Assembly (NCBI GenBank): GCA_963761335.1
Contig: CAVXGR010000001.1
Location: forward strand, 1 to 40,120
Direction of reading: 5' to 3'
Length of the DNA: 40,120 nt
From: an uncultured delta proteobacterium
Lineage (GTDB): Bacteria; Desulfobacterota; Binatia; HRBIN30; BPIQ01
How positions within the stretch are numbered: the stretch's first letter is position 1; every line of letters starts with the position of its first letter. Below the pieces are notes generated by a model, which was not told the origin of the DNA, did no database searches, and saw only the letters and a program-made list of their open reading frames with translations. The position numbers and the translations under genes are program-made. Shown one piece after another: positions 1 through 8,283 of the stretch.

Positions 1-25
1 CCGCATTTCTGCTCTGATGCCTTTC

Positions 26-54
26 TTGACATCATCGGGTGCTCCCGATAGAAA
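26..54 (+). promoter_or_regulatory. putative sigma70 promoter for iscS
   Basis: TTGACA (26-31), 17-nt spacer, TAGAAA (49-54), upstream of the ATG at 122. Confidence 0.55.
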
Positions 55-76
55 GCGGACCAGTTAGGTCTTAGTT
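52..76. promoter_or_regulatory. candidate IscR/Rrf2-type operator
   Basis: GACC-AGTTA-GGTC dyad (58-70); the GAC-N7-GTC core resembles the IscR type-1 motif and lies just downstream of the -10 box. Confidence 0.4.
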
Positions 77-121
77 TTCGGCGCTGATTTGAGCGCTTAC
101 TGCACGCCTCTCGACACCGCA

Positions 122-1338
122 ATGGATCGGGTCGTCTACATGGATTGCCACGCGACCACGCCCGTGGACCAGCGGGTTCTGGACGCGATGTTGCCGTATT
201 TCCGCGAGAAATTCGGCAATGCCTCGAGCCGCAACCACGCTTACGGGTGGGAGGCGGAGGAGGCTGTCACCGCGCCCGCGAGCAGGTGGCGGGGTTGATC
301 GGGGCAAAGCCGCGGGAAGTGATATTCACCAGCGGCGCGACCGAGTCGGACAACCTGGCGATCAAGGGCGTCGTCGAGTTCTACCGCGACAAGGGCGATC
401 ACGTGATCACCGCGGCGACCGAGCACAAGGCGGTGCTCGATACGTGCAGGCGCCTCGAGAAGCAGGGGCGGGCCCGGGTGACCTATCTTCCCGTGGGCCG
501 GCACGGCCTGGTGGACTTCGACGAGGTGCGCAAGGCAATCACCGAGCGCACCGTCCTGATCAGCATCATGCACGCCAACAACGAGATCGGCACGATTGCC
601 CCCATCGGCGAGATCGGGCAGCTCGCTCGCAGCCGCGGCGTGCTCTTCCACACCGACGCGGCGCAGTCGGCCGGCAAGGTGCCGATCGACGTCGAGCGCA
701 TGGGCATCGATCTCCTCTCTCTGTCGGCGCACAAGATGTACGGGCCCAAAGGAGTTGGGGCCCTCTACGTGCGCTCGACGAGGCCGCGGGTGCGCCTGGC
801 GCCGATCATCGACGGCGGCGGCCACGAGCGCGGCATGCGCAGCGGCACCCTCAATGTCCCCGGCATCGTCGGCCTCGGCGCCGCCTGCGCCCTCTGCCAG
901 GCGGAGATGCCGGCGGAGCAGCCGCGCCTGCGGGCGCTGCGCGACAGGCTGCGCCAGGGAATCGAGAGCCGGCTCGAGGACGTGACCCTCAACGGCCACC
1001 CGAGCGAGCGCCTGGCTGGAAACCTGAACCTGAGCTTTCCCTACGTCGAGGGCGAGTCGCTGCTTCTCGGGCTGAACGACGTCGCCGTCTCCTCCGGGTC
1101 GGCGTGCACCTCCGCCACCCTGGAGCCCTCGTACGTGCTGCGCGCCATCGGCGTCGCCGAAGAGGTGGCGCACACCTCGATTCGCTTCGGCCTCGGGCGC
1201 TTCAATACCGAGGAGGAGGTCGACTACGCAGTCGATCGCATCGTCGCCGAGGTCGAGCGGCTGCGGCGCCTTTCGCCGCATTATCGCATGTCCCGCGAGC
1301 GCCGCGGCGAGATCCGTGATAATGCAGTGGGGGAGTGA
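122..1338 (+). pseudogene. iscS: IscS-type cysteine desulfurase, frameshifted at about 269-271 (sequencing error or real lesion)
   Basis: N-terminus [16 protein letters not shown]...[19 protein letters not shown] is in one frame and [12 protein letters not shown]...[20 protein letters not shown] (PLP lysine), SSGSACTS (catalytic Cys) in another; one base is missing at the junction. Confidence 0.9.
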
Positions 1339-1343
1339 GAGCT

Positions 1344-1661
1344 GTGGCCATCGTCCTTTCTGAACCGGCGGCAATGAAGATCCGCGATCTGGTGGGCGCG
1401 GACGACGGGCGCGGCCTGCGCGTCAAGGTCGTCGGCGGCGGTTGCTCCGGGCTGACCTACAAAATGGACCTCGATCTGCCCAAGCAAGGTGACCGAATCT
1501 TCGAGCGCAGCGGCGCCAAGGTGATCGTCGATCGCAAGAGCTTTCTCTATCTGAACGGTACCGAGCTGACCTACGACGAGGGGCTGATGCAGTCCGGGTT
1601 CAATCTCAAGAACCCCAATGTCAAGAAGACGTGCGGCTGCGGAGCGTCTTTCTCCGTGTAG
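1344..1661 (+). CDS. iscA: HesB/IscA-family Fe-S cluster assembly accessory protein
   Basis: GGGCSGLTY and CGCGASF motifs; directly after iscS; GTG start at 1344 (alternative 1335). Confidence 0.9.
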   Translation: MAIVLSEPAAMKIRDLVGADDGRGLRVKVVGGGCSGLTYKMDLDLPKQGDRIFERSGAKVIVDRKSFLYLNGTELTYDEGLMQSGFNLKNPNVKKTCGCGASFSV

Positions 1662-1792
1662 CCCAACAAACCTTCGAAAACGTCGATCCGTCCCCTCTTT
1701 TTGGGGCCCGCCCTGCGAAGCCTTTGGCAGAGCAGGGTGAATAGGGCGGGGCTACCGCCCGTCTAATACGTCAAAGAAACCGAGGAGTTCTG

Positions 1793-2218
1793 ATGCGAGA
1801 CAACAGCGTTGGTGAGGGGTATCCTCAGCTATTTCAACCAGATACGCTCCTACCGTCGCAGTACTTTGCGGCGCTCAGGCGCAAGGGCCGGCAGGAGCCG
1901 GAACGGCACCTGATCATCGCCATCCTACAGGACGCAGTCGAGTGTTATCAGAAGCACCTGTACGCCCGCGACCATAAGGCACGCCAGCTGTTTGCCGATG
2001 CCGAAGAGTGGATCATGTCCGAGGAGCGGGAGTACTTCTTCGCCTTCGAGAACGTCTGCGAGCTGCTCGAGATCAATCCGACCTTTCTCCGGCGTGGCCT
2101 GCTGGCCTGGCGTGAGCGCCAGTTCGTCCGCCGCGGCCGGCCGAAGATCTACTCGATGCCGAACCGCCGCGACAACGTGATCTCGGAGGGCGAGCCCCTG
2201 CGCCACGCCGCCCAGTAG
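1793..2218 (+). CDS. hypothetical helical protein, 141 aa
   Basis: GAGGAG RBS, protein-like composition (PDTLLPSQYF...ERHLIIAILQDAVECY...AEEWI...FAFENVCELLEI). Confidence 0.8.
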   Translation: MRDNSVGEGYPQLFQPDTLLPSQYFAALRRKGRQEPERHLIIAILQDAVECYQKHLYARDHKARQLFADAEEWIMSEEREYFFAFENVCELLEINPTFLRRGLLAWRERQFVRRGRPKIYSMPNRRDNVISEGEPLRHAAQ

Positions 2219-2282
2219 CGCCGCCGCGGCGCTCTCCCATCGACAATCTTCCTCGGCCTCGGCTGAGCTGGTAAGAGGGGCC

Positions 2283-3959
2283 ATGGGCAGTTCCCTGCTC
2301 CGCGGAGCACTGGTCCTGTGGCTCCTCTTCACCGGCTTCCTGGCGCGGCTCTTCGGTCGCCACAAGGAATACGCCGTCGTCAAGGTCGCCATCAGCGGCG
2401 ATCTCTCCGAGCAGCCCGCGGATCGCCGCTTGTTCTCCCGCTTTCGCCACGGCGGCGAGGACTTTCTGTCTCTCGTCAACCTGTTGCGCTGGGCGCGGGA
2501 GGACGAGAGGGTCCGCGGAATCCTCGTCTCGCTCGAGGATACGCGCGCCGGCTGGGCCCGCCTCCAGGAAATTCGGCGCTCCCTGCTCGCCGTGCGCGCC
2601 GCCGGCAAGCGCGTGTGGGTGCACTTTGCCCACGCCGGCCTGCGTGAGTACTTCGTCGCCAGCGCCGCCGACCGGGTGTGGATGAACTCCGCCGGCACCC
2701 TCGAGGTCGCCGGCCTGTCGGCCGAGGCGACCTTCTTCCTCGGCGCCCTGGAAAAGCTCGGGGTCGAGGCCGAGGTCGTCCAGGTTGGACGCTACAAGAG
2801 CGCCGTCGAGCCGTTCACGCTGCGCTCGATGTCGCCCGAGCACCGGGAGATGATGGAGTCGATCGTCGACGATCTCTACTCCCAGGTCGCGGAGGCGGTC
2901 GCCGATGGCCGCCACATGACCGCCGGCGAGGCGCGCGAGCTGCTCGGCCGGGGCCCCTTCCTCTCCCGCGAGGCGCTCGAATCCCGCCTGGTGGATCGCT
3001 GCGGCTACCTCGACGAGGCCGAGGACGAGATGCGCGCCGAGTGCGGCGCCATCATCGAGAAGGCCGACTACCGGCGCCAGCGCGGCCGCCAGATCCGCCG
3101 CCGCGTCCTCCGCGGCCGCTCGGGATCGGTCGCCGTGCTCTGTGTCAGCGGCACGGTGAAGAGCGGCGAGAGCGTCCCTGGGCTGGACCTCGCCAGCGCC
3201 GCCGGCGCCACCACCATCTGCGCCGAGCTCAAGCGCTTGGAGGAACGCCCAGGCGTCGCCGCCGTGGTTCTGCGCATCTCCAGCCCTGGGGGCTCGGGCC
3301 TGGCCTCCGATCTCATCTGGCGCGCCGTGGGTCGGCTGCGCAGCCGCAAACCGGTGGTGGTCTCCATGGGAGACGTGGCTGCCTCCGGCGGTTACTACAT
3401 CGCCGCGGCTGGCGCGCCGGTGCTCGCCGAAGGCGGTACACTCACCGGCTCCATCGGCGTCATCGCCGGCAAGGCCAACCTGCGCGCTCTCTACGGCAAG
3501 CTCGGCATCACCAAGGAGACGGTGAGCCGCGGCCAGCACGCCGCCATCTTTTCGGACTATCTGCCCCTGGGAGACGAGGAGCGCCGCCGCCTCGAGGTGG
3601 AGGCGCGCGGATTTTACGACGACTTTCTCGGCAAGGTGGCCGACGGCCGTCGTCTCAGCGCCGCCGCGGTCGCCGAGGTCGCGGAGGGGCGTGTCTGGAC
3701 AGGGCGCCAGGCGCTGGAGCGCCGCCTCGTGGACCGCCTCGGTGGCCTCGAGGACGCCATCGGCGAGGCGAAGGTGCTCGCGGGTATTCCCCGCGACCAG
3801 CCGGTGGTGGTCGAGAGGCTGCCGCGGCAGCCGCGGCTCTGGCGTTTCACCATGAATCTCCTGCCCGGCGAGATCGCCCCGCACGCGGCTGCTTGGCTTT
3901 CCTTCACCTGGCGCGAGCGCCTGTGGGCCGTGCTCCCCTTCGACATTCGCTTCTTCTGA
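2283..3959 (+). CDS. sppA: signal peptide peptidase SppA, long two-domain S49 form
   Basis: GRYKSAVEPF, ISSPGGS, SMGDVAASGGYY, TGSIGV, GRVWTGRQA motifs. Confidence 0.92.
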   Translation: MGSSLLRGALVLWLLFTGFLARLFGRHKEYAVVKVAISGDLSEQPADRRLFSRFRHGGEDFLSLVNLLRWAREDERVRGILVSLEDTRAGWARLQEIRRSLLAVRAAGKRVWVHFAHAGLREYFVASAADRVWMNSAGTLEVAGLSAEATFFLGALEKLGVEAEVVQVGRYKSAVEPFTLRSMSPEHREMMESIVDDLYSQVAEAVADGRHMTAGEARELLGRGPFLSREALESRLVDRCGYLDEAEDEMRAECGAIIEKADYRRQRGRQIRRRVLRGRSGSVAVLCVSGTVKSGESVPGLDLASAAGATTICAELKRLEERPGVAAVVLRISSPGGSGLASDLIWRAVGRLRSRKPVVVSMGDVAASGGYYIAAAGAPVLAEGGTLTGSIGVIAGKANLRALYGKLGITKETVSRGQHAAIFSDYLPLGDEERRRLEVEARGFYDDFLGKVADGRRLSAAAVAEVAEGRVWTGRQALERRLVDRLGGLEDAIGEAKVLAGIPRDQPVVVERLPRQPRLWRFTMNLLPGEIAPHAAAWLSFTWRERLWAVLPFDIRFF

Positions 3960-3961
3960 AC

Positions 3962-4240
3962 ATGCCCTTGCAGCAGCGCATCGATTGTCCCGAGTGCCAC
4001 CAGCCGCTGGTGCGCAAGCCCGGCGGCCGCTGCCCGAGCTGTGGCGCCGACGTGCGCCAGCACGTGCAGGAGGAACGCGAGAAGGAGTCCCGCGTCGATC
4101 GCGTGGTCGCCGTGGTCAGCACGGTGCTGGTGCTGGCGACCTTCCTCGCCATCGGCGGCGTGCAGGTCTTCGAGGGGATCGCCGCCTATGCCCTCGTCGG
4201 CGCGGCGGTGTGGTGGTTCGCCAAGCGGACGTTTTGGTAG
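3962..4240 (+). CDS. small membrane protein with N-terminal Zn-ribbon (CxxC...CxxC) and two TM helices
   Basis: ATG 2 nt after the sppA stop; MPLQQRIDCPECH...RCPSCG, then two hydrophobic segments. Confidence 0.75.
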   Translation: MPLQQRIDCPECHQPLVRKPGGRCPSCGADVRQHVQEEREKESRVDRVVAVVSTVLVLATFLAIGGVQVFEGIAAYALVGAAVWWFAKRTFW

Positions 4241-4386
4241 AGGGGACGGCGCTCCCAGGCCGGTCTCCCTCGTCGCCGGTTTGACAAGTTGCTGTGGGTC
4301 CGAGTAAGCGACGCCCGTTGCGCGAGCTGCTGGTCGCGGAGCAGATCGGCTCGATCCGCCGAGCCGACGTTGAAACCTGAGGAGAG

Positions 4387-5142
4387 GTGGCCATGAACGT
4401 CGTCGAGTCGCTGTTTCGGTGGTTCCATGTCCTGGCGGGGATTCTTTGGATCGGCCTGCTCTACTTCTTCAACTGGGTCAACTCGGCTTTCGCTCCGACC
4501 ATGGACGCCGAGACCAAGAAGAAGGTCGTGCCCGAGCTCCTGCCGCGGGCGCTCTTCTGGTTTCGAATGGGCGCCGCGCTGACCTGGGTGACCGGCATCT
4601 TCCTGCTGACGATCATCTACTACCACGGCAAGCAGATGTGGCCCGGGCAGGTCTCCGACTGGGGGCCCGCCGCCTTCATCATGCTGGCTGTCGTGTTCCT
4701 AGGGGTCTTTGTCTACGACTTGCTCTACAAGATGGTCCTCACCGATCCGCAGGCCGGCTTCTGGGGCGGATGGGTGCTGGCGACGGTGGTCGTCTTCCTG
4801 CTCGACTACTGGGCCGGGCTCTCCTACCGCGGCTACGCCATCCACCTGGGGGCGATGTTCGGCACGATCATGGCCTTCAACGTCTGGTTCCGCATCTGGC
4901 CGGCGCAGAGGAAGATCATCACCGCCACCAAGAACGGCGAGGCACCCGACCCGGGCCTGGTGGCGCTGGCGGGGCTGCGCTCCAAGCACAACACCTACAT
5001 GTCCGTGCCCCTGGTGTTCCTGATGATCAGCCAGCACGCCACCTGGGCATCCAACCCGATCTACCTGTCGATCATCGTGCTGGTCGGCTGGGCCATCACC
5101 CATCACCTGTACACCCAGGCGAAGAAGGTGAAGGGCTTCTAG
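4387..5142 (+). CDS. PuuD / urate oxidase N-terminal-like integral membrane protein
   Basis: RWFHVLAGILWIGLLYFFN, GTIMAFNVWFRIWPAQRKI, RSKHNTYMSVP...FLMISQH motifs; GAGGAG RBS; start 4387 or 4393. Confidence 0.8.
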   Translation: MAMNVVESLFRWFHVLAGILWIGLLYFFNWVNSAFAPTMDAETKKKVVPELLPRALFWFRMGAALTWVTGIFLLTIIYYHGKQMWPGQVSDWGPAAFIMLAVVFLGVFVYDLLYKMVLTDPQAGFWGGWVLATVVVFLLDYWAGLSYRGYAIHLGAMFGTIMAFNVWFRIWPAQRKIITATKNGEAPDPGLVALAGLRSKHNTYMSVPLVFLMISQHATWASNPIYLSIIVLVGWAITHHLYTQAKKVKGF

Positions 5143-5903
5143 GGATAGCTGAGCTGCAGCTCGGCGGTGCCCTTGGGATCGAGCTTCACCTTCTGCTCCT
5201 TGGTCCCGAGCTTCTCGTGCCAGACGCCGATGGTGTAGTCGCCTGGGGGCACCGGCTTCAGGGTCACGGCGCCGTCGTCGCCGGTGACGCCGAAGTAGGG
5301 GTTGGCCACCACCGCGAGATAGGCCTGCATCCAGGGGTGAATGTCGCAGCTCACCGGGATGGCCACCTCTTCGCGGTCGAAGGTGAGAGTGCGGCTCGAG
5401 CCCTTGCGGCTCATGATGAAGTTCCAGGAACGCCCCACGTCGGGGTGTCCGTGTACGTTGTGGACCTCGGTGTCGCTGTTGATGAACTCCACTGTCTGGC
5501 CGACCATGGCCGCGGCGACGTGCGGGTGGTACATGCATCCCCGCTGGTCCAGCACCACGTGCGTCTCCGGTGGTGCGAAAGGGCGGTCGCCGAAGCCGCT
5601 CTTGATCCACACCACGGCGTTGAGCAGATGCCCGCTGTCCACCACCAGCGATGGGTCGAGAACCGGGTCGGGGTGGGCCTCGGCACATTGCGGAGCGCTC
5701 TGCAGGTTGAGCGCGGCGCGCTTCGGCGGCTCGCCGCGGTAGAGGACCTGCACGCGAATCTGCCCCGCCGTGGTGAGATCCACTGGCGTCGATACGACGC
5801 GGGCCGGCGGCGGGGAGGAGTCGCGACAGGCGGTGAGGGACAGGGCGAGCAGCAGAGCGACGGCGACTCCGCGCGGCGTCGCGGCGATGCGGGGTCCGGC
5901 CAT
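5139..5903 (-). CDS. lipoprotein with cupredoxin-like and carboxypeptidase-regulatory-like domains
   Basis: C-terminal part of ORF 5139..8072 from ATG 5903; lipobox LTAC; DQRGCMYHPHV, HNVH, CDIHPWM, VPPGDYTIGVWHEKLG. Confidence 0.8.
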   Translation of the reverse strand: MAGPRIAATPRGVAVALLLALSLTACRDSSPPPARVVSTPVDLTTAGQIRVQVLYRGEPPKRAALNLQSAPQCAEAHPDPVLDPSLVVDSGHLLNAVVWIKSGFGDRPFAPPETHVVLDQRGCMYHPHVAAAMVGQTVEFINSDTEVHNVHGHPDVGRSWNFIMSRKGSSRTLTFDREEVAIPVSCDIHPWMQAYLAVVANPYFGVTGDDGAVTLKPVPPGDYTIGVWHEKLGTKEQKVKLDPKGTAELQLSYP

Positions 5904-5908
5904 GGCGA

Positions 5909-8128
5909 TCAGTGCTCCTCGAGAAGGGTTTCGATGCGAAAGGCGCTGCGCGCCGCGATGGTGAACGGCTTGCCCCAGTCGTCGTACTTGATCCCCGCAA
6001 GCGCGCCACGCGCCGCTTCCCGGAAGCGCTCCTCCCCGGTGAGCCGGCCGGCATAGGCGACGGCTGGATAGAAGCGCAGGTTCTTCGGCTGCTCGCGCAC
6101 CACCACCTCGGCATAGGCGAGGATCCATTTGCGCAGCTCCTGGTCGCCGGTGGCGGCGTGCACGTAGGCCAGGCCGTCGGCGAGCACCCCCATCTTCCAG
6201 TTCTTGACCGCGCCCGCGGCGGGGTGCGCTGCCATGCCCTCTCGGGCGTAGGTCAGAGCCGCCTGCCGGTACTCGGGCTTGCCGGTGGCGTCCCATGCCG
6301 CCGCCATGGCGAGCGCCGGCCAGCCGAACTGCCGCGGGTTGCCGCGCCGCATCGAGGCCGCCCGGCGCGCCAGGAAATCGGCGATGCCGACGGCGCCGTC
6401 GCGGGCGCGCTGGTCGCCGGTGAGGAAATAGTAGTTGAACAGCCCCTCCACCCAGCTGTGGCCGGGATCGACGCCGCCGAGCGCGAAGCTGAAATGCAGC
6501 GGGTTCTTCGGATGGTTCATGCCCACCCAGTTCGGATTGGGCGGGTAATGGTGGATGCGGTCGACGTCGGTGAAGTGCCGGGCGGCGGCGACCATGTACT
6601 CGTGGACATCGGCGCGTCCGGTCGCCGCGAAAAGCAGGGTGAGAACCTCGGTCAGATCGTACTCCTGGTTGCCCCAGGCGTCGCAGCCCTTCACGTCGTC
6701 GTGGTAGCCCGGATAGTTCCAGTCGCCCCAGTTGAACATCCCGTAGAAGCCGGTGCGCGGCCGCTCTCCGGCGGGCGGCGGGCACTGCGGCTGGCCGCTG
6801 TCGTCCCAGCGCTCGCTCTGCACGCTGTGGACGTAACGATCGAAGGCCCGGCTGGCGTCGGCCACGATGCTCTCCGAGCCCGGCGGCTGCATGCCGGCGA
6901 GCATTGCCCGGCTGGAGGCGAGCCAGCTCGGATCGACGTGCGCGAGAACGCCGCGGGCAGCTTCGCGAACGGCTTTCTGGCCGCTTCCCGGGGGGCTGAA
7001 GGCAAGGGTGAGCTCGTGTGTCTTGGCGGCGCCGACGCCGACCTTGGCCACCCCGCCGGCCTCCGACCAGAGATCGTATGCGAGCCGATCGCCGCCGAGA
7101 TGCACCGCTTGCGGATACTCCTGCCAGAAGAAGGGAGCGTCGAGGGCCACGCCGGCGCGAGCCGCGCTGATCTCGAACCATCCGGAGAGCTGGCCGGGCC
7201 GCGGCGTTTCTCCCTGACGGAAGGAGATGTTGTCCACCTGCGCCAGATCGGTGCCGCCCGCCGGCAGCGCCCCGGACAGCTCTTTGCGGTTCTCGACTCC
7301 GGCGGTGAAGTGCGCCTTCTCTCCCGGTGCGAGCGGCATCTCCAGACGCAGGCCGCTCATCGTCGTGAAGTCGGCGTCGGCGATGTTGACGAAGGTGTGG
7401 AGAATGCGGACGAAGGGCTGGTCGGCGTAGGCATAGAGACGCAGCTGCTGCTCGAAGGGACCGAGGCGTCCGCGCAGAGAAACGGCGGCGCGCAGCGGTC
7501 CGCGTTCTTCGACGGTTACCGCCAGCGGGGCTGCGGCGACGCTGCGCTTTCCCCCGGCGACCACGGAGATGGTCAGCGGCCCCGAGGCGACCGGCTTGCC
7601 GTCCACGGCGACGTCTTGCAGCAGCCCGAAGCTCCGCCGCGCGATGGTGAAGCGGAGAGCTCCGGTGTCGATCTCGATGCCGTCGGCGGTCTCGCGCACG
7701 GAGACCGGGTGCCGCGGTTTGCCCGGGCTGCCGCGCTGCACCTCGAAGCGCCGCGTCTGCCGCGCGGCGAGGTCGGCGGCGAACGAGATCAGAGCCCAGC
7801 GCACACTGCCGTCGGGCCAGCGGGCCAGCGCCCGGCTCTGTGATGGGACCACGCCGCCGTCGCCGCGCAGCTGTAGCGCGCTCTCGTCGTGTGTCCAGCC
7901 CCGCGGCAGAGGCACGCCGATGCTCACCGGCCAGCCCCGCCGCTGCAGGCCGAGCTGCTCCTCGACGGTCAGGCGGGGGAGTGGAGCGGTGGAGGCGCGG
8001 CGGTGCGCGGCCACGGCACAGGCCGTCGCCGCAAGACTGAGCGCCAGTGCCGCCAGCCCGGCCAGCGCGCACCGACGAACCGTGCGCCGGGTGGAGACTC
8101 CCTCTTGGCTGGGGCGAATGGTGGGCAC
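5909..8128 (-). CDS. exported PcRGLX/YetA-like (exo-rhamnogalacturonan lyase-like) protein
   Basis: Signal peptide ending LAATAC; PVSIGVPLPRG...ARWPDGSVRWAL N-terminal barrel motif; YGMFNWGDW, WGNQEYD; start uncertain (GTG 8128). Confidence 0.65.
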   Translation of the reverse strand: MPTIRPSQEGVSTRRTVRRCALAGLAALALSLAATACAVAAHRRASTAPLPRLTVEEQLGLQRRGWPVSIGVPLPRGWTHDESALQLRGDGGVVPSQSRALARWPDGSVRWALISFAADLAARQTRRFEVQRGSPGKPRHPVSVRETADGIEIDTGALRFTIARRSFGLLQDVAVDGKPVASGPLTISVVAGGKRSVAAAPLAVTVEERGPLRAAVSLRGRLGPFEQQLRLYAYADQPFVRILHTFVNIADADFTTMSGLRLEMPLAPGEKAHFTAGVENRKELSGALPAGGTDLAQVDNISFRQGETPRPGQLSGWFEISAARAGVALDAPFFWQEYPQAVHLGGDRLAYDLWSEAGGVAKVGVGAAKTHELTLAFSPPGSGQKAVREAARGVLAHVDPSWLASSRAMLAGMQPPGSESIVADASRAFDRYVHSVQSERWDDSGQPQCPPPAGERPRTGFYGMFNWGDWNYPGYHDDVKGCDAWGNQEYDLTEVLTLLFAATGRADVHEYMVAAARHFTDVDRIHHYPPNPNWVGMNHPKNPLHFSFALGGVDPGHSWVEGLFNYYFLTGDQRARDGAVGIADFLARRAASMRRGNPRQFGWPALAMAAAWDATGKPEYRQAALTYAREGMAAHPAAGAVKNWKMGVLADGLAYVHAATGDQELRKWILAYAEVVVREQPKNLRFYPAVAYAGRLTGEERFREAARGALAGIKYDDWGKPFTIAARSAFRIETLLEEH

Positions 8129-8231
8129 GCGACGGTGACTATCCGCCGACCGTGCGGCCGTCAACGCCCCCCCCTCGCTTCGCGGCGCGCTGCGAGCGGC
8201 CGCCACTGCGCTTTGACGGCTGCTCGCGGAT

Positions 8232-8258
8232 CCGGAAATTTGCCTTGCTAAATTCCGG
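8232..8258. promoter_or_regulatory. near-palindromic operator-like site between divergent genes
   Basis: CCGGAAATTTGCCTTGCTAAATTCCGG is an imperfect 27-bp dyad containing a TGcTAAATT extended -10-like element. Confidence 0.4.
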
Positions 8259-8283
8259 CACACCGGGAGAAGATTGGCGGAAT

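Noticed and set aside
5904..8072. N-terminal 720 aa of the 977-aa minus-strand ORF
   Set aside because: Arg/Ala/Gly-rich off-frame shadow of the RGLX-like gene; only the part from ATG 5903 is protein-like
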